From the NCBI RefSeq assembly GCF_024521635.1, contig NW_026250418.1, forward strand, positions 186,001-250,000: a DNA stretch of 64,000 bases, written 5' to 3'. A program made the position numbers and the translations under genes. Shown here piece after piece: positions 24,528-37,727 of the stretch (position 1 is the stretch's first letter; each line of letters begins with the position of its first letter). The DNA comes from Tricharina praecox (taxonomy: Eukaryota). A model generated the notes under the pieces. It searched no databases. It was given only the letters and a program-made list of their open reading frames with translations, and was not told the origin of the DNA.

Positions 24528-26535
24528 ATGCCGTTCAACACCCTTACCGTAGCGCTGTCGACAACGCCGACGATAATCTCCACGCTCTTCTCGTACCCTC
24601 TTTCTCGGCAGCGAACGGACAACTATGGACTCTCGTATGCGGAGGGCATCGCCCTGATAAGGAAGTTCCTCATCCATGCGAGCCACCACACTGTCGAGGA
24701 GCTGCAGGCGTTTACCGCGATGTATGTGCCGCGCCCCGTGTGGGTGTGCTGTGAGCCGGTCGAGATTGCGAACGAGTACTGCGATCGCGCGGCGGCGGCG
24801 TTGGTGGCTCAGCTGGGTGAGGAGGGCGTGAAACGGGTTGGTGGAGAGCGGTGGTGGCGGTGGAGGGAGGGGAAGTTGATGGGGGAGTGGGTGTGGGTTA
24901 GAGAGAAGTGGTGGCCTGGGGCGGAGGAGGTGAAGGAGAAAGAGCCGCAGGCGAAGACTATGCTGTATGTCCATGGCGGTGCATATTACTTCGGGAGTGT
25001 TGATGAGCACCGCTATCAACTACAGAGACACGCGAGGAAAATCGGTGCGCGTGTTTTCGCGCGTGAGTTCCCAGATGTCTCGAACCGTTGCCAAGTGCAG
25101 TAGCTAACACCGCCCAGCTCGCTACCGATTAGCACCGCAGTTTCCGTTCCCATGTGCACTGTACGATGTCTTAGCATGTTACCTCCACCTACTCTCGGAG
25201 CAGCCGGCGGAATCCATCATCTTCGCAGGCGACTCGGCCGGCGGCGGCCTCCTCCTCTCGATCCTCTGCATCCTCCGTGACCAGGGCCTTCCCCAGCCCG
25301 CCGGCGCAGTCCTGATCTCGCCCTGGGTAGACCTCTGCCACAGTTTCGCCTCGGTGGTCGCCGACAGCAGCGCCGACTACATCCCGGCGCACGGCTTCCA
25401 CCACCGTCCGTCGGCGGCATGGCCGCCCCGCAGACCGAGGAAGAACTCTACCACGGGAGCCTATTCCGATCTCGACAATGAGCGCGTGCTGAAGGTCGAA
25501 ATCGACGGCGCACTGCTCGATATTCCGGACCAGATCCAGCTGTACACTACTAACGATATGTTGCGGGACCCGCTCGTGTCCCCCGTCAACCAACCTACCC
25601 TCGCCGGCCTCTGCCCGCTGCTGATCCTTGTTGGCGGCGGCGAGATCCTGAGAGACGAGCAGGTGTACATCGCCCACAGGGCCGCCTTCCCGGAGCTATT
25701 CTGCCCCGCGGGAGCCAAAGCTGCTGCCACCGGTGATACTGCTGGGGACACTGCTGGGGACACTGCTGGGGACACTGCTGGGGACACTGCTGGGGACACC
25801 GTTGGGGATATTGCCACAGATATTGCCACGGAAACTCCCACGGAAACTCCCACGGATCCTGCCACGGACACTCCCACGGACACTCCCACGGATACTGCCA
25901 CGGATACTGCCACGGATACTGCCACCACAACTCGCGACCTCCCGCGTACCAAAGTCCACCTACAAGTATTCCCCAACGCCTGCCACGTCCTGCCGACGCT
26001 CGCCTGGACCCGTCCCGCAAAGCGAATGTGCGCCTCTGTGGCCACCTTCGCAGCCGCCGTATTCGCCGACCCATCGGCGCTCCCAGACTTTACGCACGAG
26101 ACGGTGCACACGACGACGAGCACGGCGCTGCCGGCCATGAAGCCCGAGGACTTTCCGACGCCCGAGTGTATCGGCGTCATTACCGCCGAGCCTGTGAAGC
26201 GGTGGCTAGCAGCGAGGAGGAAATGGGAGACTAAGTATCCCTCTACGCCGCCGGAAGGGGAGGAGGAGGAGGAGACGCCAGAGACCTGGGAGGGTGAGAG
26301 ACCCCCGCCCAGTGCGGCGGTACTCAAGAGGGGTACAGAAGTCAAGGGGAAGAAGACGGAGGAGAAAATTAGCGAGGGCGAGATGAAGAATGAGAAGGGC
26401 TGGGGCATGAGTCTGTGGGCTGGATGGGGCGCGAAGAGTGATAGCCGCAGGATCCTGGAGAAGGATACTGAGGAACAGCTGCAGGAGGATGAAGAGAGGG
26501 TCGAGGAAGAGAAGGAGAGGGCGAGGAGTGTGTAG
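24528..26535 (+). CDS. Alpha/beta hydrolase, HSL (GDSAG) family lipase/esterase (~650 aa); exons 24528-25062, 25118-26535
   Basis: HGGAY oxyanion motif, YRLAPQFPFPC restored by splicing GTGAGT...GCTAAC...CAG (55 nt), nucleophile motif GDSAGG, ISPWVD, GGGEILRDE and a candidate catalytic His in FPNACHV. Confidence 0.92.
25726..25929 (+). repeat. Coding 12-nt minisatellite (~17 units; TAGD/IATD/TPTD/TATD) in the esterase
   Basis: Tandem ACTGCTGGGGAC grading into ACT(C/G)CCACGGA(C/T). Confidence 0.92.
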
Positions 26536-27006
26536 GTGCTTGGGGTTTATTTCGTGGATATATTGGTCATTGGTTTCGATACCACGATTCGTGCTTGGGG
26601 ACTTTTTGGATGCTGCATTGTTGGCGTATGCTCGGTATAGATCTCTGCTTGTTTACTTCGTTTAAGCGCATTATAGACTTGATTCTTCTCTTTCTTTTTA
26701 CTACTCTTTAATGAAACGGATCCAGTTAATGAAATCGGTACCACCAACTCCAGCTTGGCCCAATAACGGTTTTTGTTTGTTTAATGATTATTGCATGCGA
26801 CCTGTCCACCGTATATCAAGGCAATGTCTACCCGTACACCCACCCGTTTCCACACCACTGTCCAACTCGACTTTCTCCGAGCGGCCCGATGTGGCTTTCC
26901 CCGCCCCCTGGGCGTCCGCCCTGGCCTTTCCCGACAATATACGAACGCACCAAAGACATAACACAATAACACTAGGAAAAGACAACGTCTGCTCCGTCGG
27001 ATCGTA

Positions 27007-27340
27007 GCCCGTTCCCTCAACTCGTCTGCTCCATCGACTCGCCGTCCGCTCCCACAACTCGCCCGCTCCCTCAACTCGTCCGTTCCATCGACTCTTCCAT
27101 GCCCTCGACTCGTCCCTACTCCTCCTCTACTCCGCCGTTCGCCCCTACTCCGCATCTCCGCCTCCTGCCACCCGCCTCTTCAGAAGGGGATGCTACAAAG
27201 GGGTTGACCCTGGCTCCTCAACTTCAACACCCTCCTCAACTTCAGCACCCTCCTTAACCTCAGCACCCTCCTCAACCTCCTCAACCTCCTCAACCTCCTC
27301 AACCTCCTCAACCTCCAAACCCTCCTCAACACCATCCTCC
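27007..27340. repeat. 34-nt direct duplication (27007-27040 / 27061-27094) plus a 9/18-nt CCTCCTCAA tandem array (~27215-27330)
   Basis: GCCCG(T/C)TCCCTCAACTCGTC(T/C)G(C/T)TCCATCGACTC occurs twice, followed by the CCTCCTCAA array. Confidence 0.85.
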
Positions 27341-28078
27341 TCCGCCTCGAATCGCCCCAGCTCCCCAGCTCCTCCATCCTCCCGGTCCCTCAGCTCCCAC
27401 TCTCCCACTATGACACATCACCTGCTTCATCTTTCGAACCAACAACATGGATCGGTCTGCGGTCGGTCGGAGAAATTACTCGTACTTGTGGACTTGGCTG
27501 GGGCTACTTGGTGCTCGTGATTGTGAGAACGACTTACATGCTGCCTACCTCATACTCCCAACAACCATTGTCTCGTAGAGAACTTCACTGAGCCTTCAAC
27601 AAGACCTTGAATAGATTATAGATAGTAATAGACTCTGGTGCCGCGTTCACTCTGCAGACACTCTACTCCTCAAGCAAGCAAGCTTCCGAGTTCCTAGCCA
27701 CCCTCAACGCCGACGAGTGATGTCCATGAGTCACCCAACAGAACACACCACCCCATGGAGATCTCTCTCATACCACCCCACGGCAAATAAAATCTTCAGC
27801 GAAGAGTGAAGCGTAATGTAAAACGTAAAGGAGGATTTTATACAGAAGTGGTATCGGTATCTAGTGCCGCATTTTTTGAAGTAAAAAAACAGAGCACCGC
27901 ATGCATCATCCATCCGTTAACAAATCATTCTCCATCAATCAGAAAAGCCTTCCCAATCCACCGGAAAAGACTTCCCCGTGAAGCTTTCCTCCCATAAACG
28001 GGTATTGAAGTTAGAAGAAAAAAAAGGCGCTGGAAAATAATGGTACATAAAACATAATACAATCCTATCTCCATCTCT

Positions 28079-28195
28079 CGTCTCATCATCGGTCAGTAAA
28101 AATTGACAAACAAACCCTCCGTCTCATCATCGGCCAGTAAACATTGATACAAACAACCCCCCTCGGCCAGTAAAATTGACAAACAAACCCCCCGG
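28079..28195. repeat. Three tandem ~30-42-nt repeats downstream of the ABC transporter stop (probable 3' UTR)
   Basis: Core TCGG(T/C)CAGTAAA(A/C)ATTGA..CAAACAA.CCC x3; the first two copies are preceded by CGTCTCATCA. Confidence 0.9.
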
Positions 28196-28297
28196 TAAAG
28201 CCAAAAGACAAAATGCAACGCCATAGCAAGCCATCGATTGATAAAGATAGGAAAATCAATGTTGTACATCCCTCTCAGATCTCAAGCAGTCTTCCGA

Positions 28298-31200
28298 CTA
28301 CTTCTTCCCCATAAACCTCTTGTAACGGCCCAGAAACAGCCAAATAAACGCAAAGACGCAAATGAAATTGAAGACGATGTATCCCCCAACAATTGCAATG
28401 TCCCTCCACCTGTTGTCGTATTGTAGATTAAAGCTGCGAGCGAACTCGCTGCCATCTTGAAACTGACAGAATTCGCACTGTCCTCTCACCATCTCTCGGA
28501 CGTACCCGCCGGCCTGTTGAATGAAAGGCATGACGTACTCCTGACAGGACATTCCTTGCGGCGGAGCGAAACGGCCGTACTCGGTATCGTCGCAGCGGAT
28601 GGGAACGTCGTGTGTAAGGACGCCAAGGAAGCCTTCGAGCATATAGGTGAACGGTGAGGCCCAATACATCCAACTTCTCCAGAAGTAGGGGATGCTTGCG
28701 TAGGGAACGACGATTCCGCAGAAGGAGACCACGAAGAGGAAGAAGATGGGTAACAACAGCGAGGCGAGTAACTCGTTCGGACAGAATGCCGCGATCAGCT
28801 GGCCGAGTCCAAGGTAGTAGAATTCGAAGAGCATCATCATGAGCCACACATATCCGACACGGGATGCATCGCGCGAGAATCCGATCGGGAAATACCAGGC
28901 GACGAAGTAGACGGTACCAGCGACGAGTCGATAGGGTATTTCGACTACGATTGCGGAAATGACGAAGGCGCTCCAGTGGTAAATCTTGGAACTATTTTCG
29001 CGGGCGATGAATAGGTCTCTGAGCCCGAGAAATTTCGGCTGTAATTGTTGCATCAAGGGCGGACTGATGGTCAGCAGCATGAACACAGTAAATAACCGGC
29101 TCTGCATATCGATACCCGAATTACCGAGCTGGTAGAAAGTGAAGGCATTAAAAAGCCCAGTGAAGGCGTGTACTGCAAAGATGCCCGTAATGTACTGGGG
29201 AGACCTCCAATGCGAAATAAAAGTTCGCTTCACGACGGTGGTTACCTGAGTGTTCCAGGGCATGGCGAATTGACGGTCGTCCGCCAGCTGTGAAGAATTC
29301 ATCTGCGAGCGGTCTTGAATGAACATTTCGATCTCCTTTATTCTCTGTCGGCATTCGTCGCTGTTTGTCCAAATTTGTCCCCAGTCCTTTTCACGGCGGT
29401 TCGGATCGCCAGCGCCGATTGCTTCCAGCATGTATTCTGCTGGGTTCTTGTGCTGTGGACATTTAGGTGCACCGTTTGCTTCGAAGTATTCGATCATAGC
29501 TTGTGAATCCTGTCCGAGAGGTCCACAATAAACAGGTGCCCCTCCGCTCTTGAGCAGGATAAGTTCATCGAAATGCTCGAAGAGAACTGCGCTGGGCTGA
29601 TGAACCGTGCATAGACTGGAAATATTATTAGTACAATTTAATAACAAGTATGGAAAGGGACCCACATTGCTTGTCCAGCATCGGCCAACTTCCTCAGGAA
29701 TCGAACCACATTGAACGCGGCACCGGAGTCCAGTCCACTCGTCGGTTCATCCAAGAACATGAGCAACTCGGGCTTGCCAGCCAGTTCTACAGCAATCGTC
29801 AATCTCTTGCGCTGCTCCTCATTCAAACCGTTTCCGGGAGAGCCAACAGTGGCCCCGGCAATGTCCTCCATTTCTAGTAGTTGAAGGATGTTTTCAACAT
29901 ATGCAAACTTCTCGAACTGAGGTACCTCCTTTGGCTGGCGGAGCAATGCTGAGAACCTTAGGGCCTCTCGAACGGTAGTAGTAGGTTCGTGAACATCCAT
30001 CTGCTCTGCGAATCCGGTAGCCCGTTGGAACGAAAGAGGCAGCGGTCGGCCGTTGACGAGGAAGGTACCAGTCACCTTTCCAAAGCTGATACGTTGAGCA
30101 AGGGTATTCAGGAGCGTCGTCTTACCGGCTCCAGACTCGCCCATTAGTGCCGTCAGTTTTCCGGGGCGGACGTATCCAGAAACATTGTTAAGCAATATTT
30201 TTTCACCGGTTTTCGTCGGGATTTTGTACGTGACGTTCTGCCACGTGAAGACAGTATCGTTCTTTGCAACCTGGTCGATGGCACGATCTTCTTTCGAGGC
30301 CTCAGCAGCCGTGGTGGTGGTCAAGTCCTTTTCAGCCATCTCTTCGTCCGCAGGTGGGGGTGCACCAGCATCCAGAGCCTTCTTAACCTGCTCCGGGGTT
30401 TCGCCGCGCACAAAGACCGTTACCGCCGCACCGTCCCTATAGGGCCGTTGGATCTCTAGACCGACAGCCGTTAGTACGGCAAAGAATATCCAAAATCCGA
30501 TAACGATGCCGATGTTTCTCCACAGATGAGCGCGGGTATAGGTGTATTGTTGGAAAATATAGTCTGCTCCTTGGACGATAGTCGAACCGGGCTGATTGCC
30601 CCGAAGGAGGCAGCCTTGATTCTCTGGCGTTACGCCGGGACCTCCGGCCGGGACCAGGAAAGGCGGTACACATTCGATGTTGAGGCCGTCGAACTCGTTG
30701 GCCATCAACACTTCAAAGGAGTATTGGACCGGATTGATCCAACGGAGCCACGCAAACCAGGGATGCATAGAAACGGGTGGAATCAAGTAACCGGTGTACA
30801 CGATTAACGCTTGAATCGCAACTCCAGTCACTTGGGTAGCGGAATCCAGACTGTTGGACCAGGCGGCGATCATGCGGAAAAACGAATACATGGACAAACT
30901 CATGATAAAAGTGATGAGAATAAATATAAAAAAATGTGAAGCCGTGCGTCGTAGGTCTTTCCAATATTAGTCGACAATCAATCAATCTGTGGAAAGGTGT
31001 AACTCACTTGACATAAAGTAGGTGATCACACCCCATATCAATACCTGCATCAAACACAGTGGTATATCCGCCATAACCTGTGCAATAGCATACGCCGAGG
31101 GTCTGTAGAATGAAAAAGCTTTATGTTTCATAAGGATTGGACGGGACTGGAATCCGATTCCCAGTTCAGCCATTGCGAGCAGTGCGTTCATCAAGAGAGT

Positions 31201-32886
31201 AAAGAACAAGATACCGCCGCGGGGAAAGACTCCACGAGCATTGGCGGGGAGCTCATAGAAAAGACTCCCTATTATGACGCTCTGAAGGGCGACACCAATC
31301 CACCTAGCACACAAACTGAACCTGTCGCCGAGCATGACCTTGAACTGTCTTGATGTGCATGCCATCACCTGCTTCTGAAAGGAGATCGTATAGTTCTTTC
31401 TCTTGGTGGCATTTGATGTTTCGAGAGCTCGTGCTTCACGTTGCTGATCGATGGAATCCTCGAAATCGGTGATGTCTGTCAGATTCTTCTGGTTGGCGGT
31501 GCTGCATAGATATGCAGCCTCGAATTCTTCGGCCGTCCTTGGTATGCGAGCCTCCCAGCCAGGCTGAACATGGCGTTCGTGCGGGTTGGTGACGGAAGTT
31601 AAGAAGTCTGCCGTTGTCCAGCGTGGTGGACACACGAAACCGAGGTCCTCGAAGTATTGCTTTGCGTCCCTATATTATCTTATTAGCAAAAGGCCCGCTG
31701 AAGCAATGAGAAATGTTACTTACTCAGTGGGTCCGAAGTATGCACAGCGCCCTTGGTCAATGACAAGAACCTTGTCAAATAGTCCATAAAGGCTTTCGCC
31801 TGCTTGGTATAACGCCACAAGAGTCGATATGCGGGCCATATTGGTTAAGCTCCGCAGTGAAGAAACATACTCCATGGCGGTGCTAGAGTCAAGTCCTTTT
31901 GTTGAGTTATCCCAACATTGACAACTCGCCTTTGTCACCATGGCCTCCGCGATGGATACTCTCTTTTTCTCGCCTCCAGAAACACCACGAATGATAGCAT
32001 TGCCGATGCGGGTGTCCAAAGTATGTTCAATCCAGAACAATTTAGATACAACCCGCAAGAACTCCTCAACATAGGCACCCCGCGTTTCCCCATCAGCACG
32101 AGATTCCTTTCCGGGAGTTCTGGTCTGAAGTGCGAAGCGGATAGTGTCCTTTACGGTTAAGGTTGCATAGTGAAGGTCCTCTTCGGGATTGTACAGAACC
32201 TCACCGCGGAAGTTCTTGGCCATGTCGGTCCAGTCGGTACCGCCATATGTGACCTCTCCCGTAATGGATTCGAATCCGCTCCTCTGATTTCCAATAACCT
32301 TTAAAAAGGTGGAACACCCGGATCCTGGCCTTCCCAGGACGAGTAGCATTTCACTGGGCTTGATGCACCCCGTAAACGAATTGATAATCGTCCTGATGGG
32401 AGCCTTCCTGAATAATTTTCCAGTGAAGAGAGCCTTAATTCCTCTCAAAGGGCCCATGACAAAATCGGAATTGGTGGGCTGGAGGGATGCTCCGAGACCC
32501 CCGCCCTTCACGGTTAGATCTTTGAAGATAACCCCGACATGACGGGTTTTCTCCTCCTCGGAGACTGCTTGTCTATTCTGTCCAAAGATCTTGGATAAAA
32601 GTCTCTCAATCTCAACCGACTCTTCGCCTCCACTATGCAGTTTCTGATCTTGGGTGGGCGAAATAGATGTCTGAGATTTTCTGCGGATGGAAATGCTTCT
32701 GAATAGATGGTCCTCGGAGGGACGGACGGGGGAGGAGCTAGAATCGTTGAGAGGGGCTGAAGCTGTAGGTTCAGGCTTGATTGGACGAATCTCCGTGATA
32801 GATGCCGAAGAAGAGGGTGTCTGAGAATTAGAGGCCGGGTGAGGCTTGTTAAGCATAATGCTGGACGAGGCCGAGGTTGTGGACAT
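28298..32886 (-). CDS. Full-size PDR-type (ABCG) multidrug ABC transporter, probably AtrF-like (~1477 aa); exons 32886-31724, 31669-31008, 30956-29666, 29615-28298
   Basis: (NBD-TMD)2 layout. NBD1 has GRPGSGCST, VSGGE and CWDNSTKGLD. NBD2 has GESGAGKTT, LNEEQRKRLTI and FLDEPTSGLD. Three 50-54-nt introns restore the frame (EDAKQYFEDLGF; NLRRTASHFF; AILCTVHQPS). The AtrF-like assignment is from recall, not a search. Confidence 0.96.
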
Positions 32887-34096
32887 CGTGGTAGGAGCTG
32901 GAAGAGGCCAACTACCTATCCTGACGAAGATTTAAATGAGAGGAAAACCAGTTGAAGAAGAGGATCAACCAAAAGGATGAGGATGATACGAGTGGTAAGA
33001 GAGAGGAATGAGAGGAGAAGAGGAGAAGAAGAGAGGGGAAGAGAGGGGAAGAGAGGGGAAAGTATAGGACGGGAGGGAGAGGAAGAGAGAAATGTAAACA
33101 ACCAGAAAGGTCGAGCCTTGCATACAAGAGCAGCACAATCAAGCTCCCTTTCTCCCTTCCGATCGGATGCAAGTTGAGCAAGGCAGAGCAGATCAGTACA
33201 ATGAAGCACCTTCAGTGCCGTCTAGTGTAGCATTGTACTGGTCCATGTCCTCTCGCTGCGTGCAGCGCTGCACGAGCCTAGAAGCCCGAGCAGAGATGTA
33301 AACGTCACAACAAACCGTGCCCGCCCAGCGTGACGACATGTTTTGATCGACGACCCATCAACCTACACTGCGATAAGCACGCACATCAACGACACCACTA
33401 CCATCAGCCATCGCGCCTAACCCGCCTGCACACTAGCCTACGGTCCCCCGATCTTTCATGCATCCCGGAAAGACTCCGATCTGCCAACCCTACACCAATC
33501 AACCAGGGAATCAGTTCCCCCCATCCCGGTCCCACCAGAGATCATACACACACCTCTCTTAAAGGCGGGTAGGATGGGTGTACACTGGTCAGGGCAACAT
33601 CGATCGTGCCTGTCTTCGGCTCTCCACCAGACTATGTGCGACGATCGCGACTAGTTTTCCGTTTATTTATCACACTCTAAAAAATACCAAAAAAAAGAGT
33701 TGTTCGGAGAGGGCCCTCCGTTACGAGCGAGGTAGATGCATCGGCCAGTTCAACGCAAGAAAAGAAATGCAATGTTTAATGGCTTTTTCTAAGAGCGTGG
33801 CCTTTTTATTTTCTTATTTTTTACATGCATGATACCGTATTAGGCCCTAGACTTCTCATGGGTGTGTTGTGTTTGCATCATACGGTTGTCCGTCTTTGCA
33901 CAGTCCGTGGCCAGCGTATGCGTTTCCCTATTTTTCCACATATACACACGCTCAAAGATGACTGTAGAGGCATACCAAAAGTGCTACGATTCTATTCGAG
34001 GAACTAGATACATGTCCATAACCTTTCCGTTGTTTCTATGGAGTTCATGCTTGCAATACAAATCAAGGAGACCAATCCAAAACCCCCAGCCCCAGA

Positions 34097-37000
34097 TCAC
34101 CTACGACTATAAACGCTCGCCTGTTCTCTCGCGCGTCTTGCTTCTCGCTCGGCCTGTTCGGCGGGAGAAAGATAGCGGCCTTCCCTCTCCGGGGCAGGTG
34201 CAGAGGCAGACTCGAACTTCGCCGCGCGTCTCTCCTTGAGGATCCGGGTCTTCGCATTCAGGTCGGGCCCGTTGTCTTGGTATTTTCCTTCGGCGTCACG
34301 CTTGAACAAGAACATGATGTCCTTCATGCTCATCTTCGCAGCCTTCGCCTTGCCTGCCATGTCGCCATCTCCGATGGCGGCTTTGGCAAGTTCCCGCTTC
34401 TTGTCTTGGAGCTGGAGGATCCGCTCTTCGACCGAATTCTCGATGGTGAACTTGTACACAATCACATCCTTCTGTTGGCCGATACGGTGAACCCTGTCGA
34501 TCGCCTGTTCTTCTATGAACTATCACATTGGTTAGTTACTGTACAGACTGTACTAATAGGCAGGGAGGTGCATACTGGATTCCAGAAGGGTTCGAGAATG
34601 ACGACTCTGCTAGCACAGGTCAAGTTAAGCCCCAAGGCACCGCACTTGAGTGAGCAAAGTAGTACTCCACACCAGTCTCTGTCTTCTCTTCCCCTACGGG
34701 GAGCGAACTCTCCTTCACCGCGAAGACGGCGAAGCGACGCTTCACGGTCATCGTTCTTCATTGATCCGTCATACCGAGTGAAAGCAATCCCCTCTTTCCG
34801 AAGGAAGGGCTCAATGAGATCTAGCATCGAAGTGAATTGACTGAAAACAATAGTCTTGTTCTTCCGTTTCATCTCATGCGAGACGATTTTGATCAGACTA
34901 GTAATCTTAGTAGAAGGGAGTAAGTGGGAGTAAGTGCCGTCGTCGTCGTCGGAGCCATCGTCGTCCGTCTCTTCAGCTTGACTGTCAATAAGGCCATCGT
35001 TGTACCTCTCATCGCCGGAAGCCGCATCGTCGTTTTCCTCTTCGTCGTTCCCTTCCTCAGCTTGACTATCCTCGTCCTCCTCATCATCGCTATCCAAAAT
35101 AACCCGACGACCCCTTGGTGCCTGCATCTTCTTCTTCTTCTTGACCTTCTTCTCCTTCTTGTTCTTTGACCGTTTAAAGTCCGCATCATCGAGATCCTCT
35201 GTGCACGCAGCACAGCGAACCTCACCCGCATCAGTTGCGTCCCGGGATAATCCGGTGAGGCAGATTTCGCATTTCTTTTGGGCGACACTGAGCCCACCCA
35301 TCAGTCCCGCCAGCTCATCGTCCTCAACCGCGTCGTCGACCATCGGTGCCTTCTTCTTCTTGAGCCCAGAGAGCCCCATTCCGGAGTCCTTGTCTTTGTG
35401 GATTTTGCCAGCTAGTAGATGAGGATGGTTGCAAGCCTGCCGAAGACGCAGCAGAAGCACGAGAGCACTGGTCATATTCTGACCACCGAGCGACGCTCCA
35501 AACTCCCCAAAACCGGCCATCATTTTCTCGAGGCTCTCCTCTGTTCGCTCCTCGAGCTTGTCGTAGAAAGCTTGCTCCTTGGGACTGAAAGACTCGACGA
35601 TTTTCTCCATGTTTCGCTCGGGGAGTCTGATCTGGTGACCGGTTTTCCCCTCTGCGTCCTTCTTCAAAACGTCTTTTGTTCGACGCAACATGACCGCTCC
35701 CAAAACAATCCTGAGCCTGTCGATCGCGATTTTTCCCCTATTCTGTTGCATGGGGCGCGAGATCTGTTCCTTCCATACAGCGAGGTCATCGAAGGGGGCA
35801 ATCCGGAGGAACTTGAGCAAAGATTGTAGCTCATCGAGATTGTTCTGGAGGGGAGTTCCTGTGAGACACCACCTATAACGTGCCTTGAGAGCGCAAGCCG
35901 CCAAGGAGCCTTTCGCGAGGCGGTTCTTGATTGTATGGGCCTCATCACAAATGATTCGCCACCAACGGTTGCCGAAGCAACCCACAGCGTCGACGTGACC
36001 GTCACTGCCCTCTTTGAAAGAGGACTGAGTGTGCTCCGACCGGATAACGTCGTACGTCGTGATCACGACATCGTATCTGCGCAAAGCCAGCGGATCCTTC
36101 GTGCGGTTAGGTCCATGATGCACCTTGACACGAAGCTTGTGGCTGTCCTCGGTGAACTTGGCAATCTCAGACTCCCACTGCTTCATCAGAGCGAGAGGAC
36201 AGATGACCAGGGTTCCTCGACAGACGTCGTCTGGAACCGCAGCAGCCGCCAACTTCGAATTTGGTGACAAGCTCGAGTATGTGACTCCGTCCACGATGGG
36301 ATACCGCGGGTGAGGATGACTGAGAATCAAAGCGATCGATTGTACGGTTTTGCCCAGCCCCATCTATAGTAAATATTAGCCTCTTCGCAAAGCAAAATAT
36401 CGACGGAGATACTTACATCGTCTGCGAGGATTCCACCCTTTGCTCTCTTCTCCTCGCGAGACAGGAGGAAAGATAAACCCCTAACCTGATGTGGCAGAAG
36501 GGGAACATTAAGACCATCGACCCTGCTAAGGTCCTCTTCTTCCCCTTCCTCCTCCTCTTCCTCCTCCTCCTCTGCAGGCTCCTCTTTGACTTCTGGCTTG
36601 ATCCCATCAAAGTCGGCGGCGGCCTTCTCCTTCTCAACAAGTTCAGCACTAGCCATCATCGACGCGAGCTCGTCCTCCTCCTTCTTCGCAAGCTTGCTCT
36701 TCTTCTTCTTCTTCCGCGTCCTCTTAGGGACCGGCTCATCATTGATTCCCTCCAATAGCTCCTTCAAACTCTCTGTAGTTTTCGCAGTATCGAGATACTC
36801 GCCGCCGTAGTGCGTCATTCCCGGAACTGCACCACCAGCAGGCAACGAGTAAACCGCCGGCTTGTTATCGAAGAGCATCTTCGGACCACTATTGACCGAC
36901 GTAAACCCCTTTGTGGGACGGGGGGTAGCAAACGTCGGATAGTCCGTCGGCGGCTGGATCAAGTCGTCCTGCGTCAGGTCGATCACCGGCGGCCCCGTTC

Positions 37001-37365
37001 GCCAGGCCTCGCGGGGCGCACCAGCGCGGATCGGCTCCATGTACTGTTGTGCGCGCGCATTGACTTCCGAAACGAAGGGTCGTCTAGGGGGAGGGGCTAT
37101 GATTCATGTGAGTAATTGCTGCGGAATTGAGGCGAGGGCACTTACCAGCATTCCGACCTGAGGCGTCCGCTGGCATCCATGACCGCGAGGGCAGGTTCGA
37201 CTTGAGCGGGGTGGTGGATCCGAACACGGGCTGCGCGGGTGGTCGGGATGTACTTGCCGTCGGCTTTGTGGAGTAAAGGGTGTCCCGGGGTTCATGAGGG
37301 CCGGACGCAGACCCAGACGCCGGCCGTTGTGAAGGTGGATGGCGAGGCGTGTCGCCGGAACTCAT
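34097..37365 (-). CDS. SNF2-family ATPase, Rad5/Rad16/Uls1(Ris1)-like (~1036 aa); exons 37365-37146, 37096-36417, 36363-34576, 34519-34097
   Basis: [56 protein letters not shown] and [21 protein letters not shown], assembled across three canonical introns. Confidence 0.93.
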
Positions 37366-37727
37366 CTTGGTGGAGAGTTCTTGTGGAGGAAGTAGTGAGG
37401 GCCGAAGCGATCAGTCAAACAGCGAGAGAGGTGATCGTTCGTTAAGTGTGGATATCGCAGCTGTTGATACTCGTGGTGGAACTGTGATTGTTTTGGAGAT
37501 TATTGCTTGGTGGAGGGGAGAAATGGTAGTGCGTGTACAGTACACACTAGTGGAACGGGGGGCGACGCTGATACAGATAGAGTGGAGAGGTAGGGGTGTT
37601 GTTTTGGGACTCGGGAGCGGGTTAACTGAAGCCAAGAAATCGCCCTGCACGTTGTGAGGAGCAACAAGCACGCCAAGACGAACATGTGACTTGTCCAATA
37701 TTCTTTTGCGCTGGCAGGTAAGTGTCG

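Noticed and set aside
25461..26408. Antisense ORFs with CPQQ/YPWQ or VSPA repeats
   Set aside because: Shadows of the 12-nt minisatellite in the esterase CDS.
28085..28135. Box C (ATGATGA) and box D (CTGA) on the minus strand as a snoRNA
   Set aside because: Only ~27 nt lie between the boxes, there is no terminal stem, and the tandem repeat explains the motifs.
24528..32886. Esterase plus ABC transporter as a secondary-metabolite or detoxification cluster
   Set aside because: No backbone enzyme, tailoring genes or cluster regulator; the neighbours are housekeeping genes.
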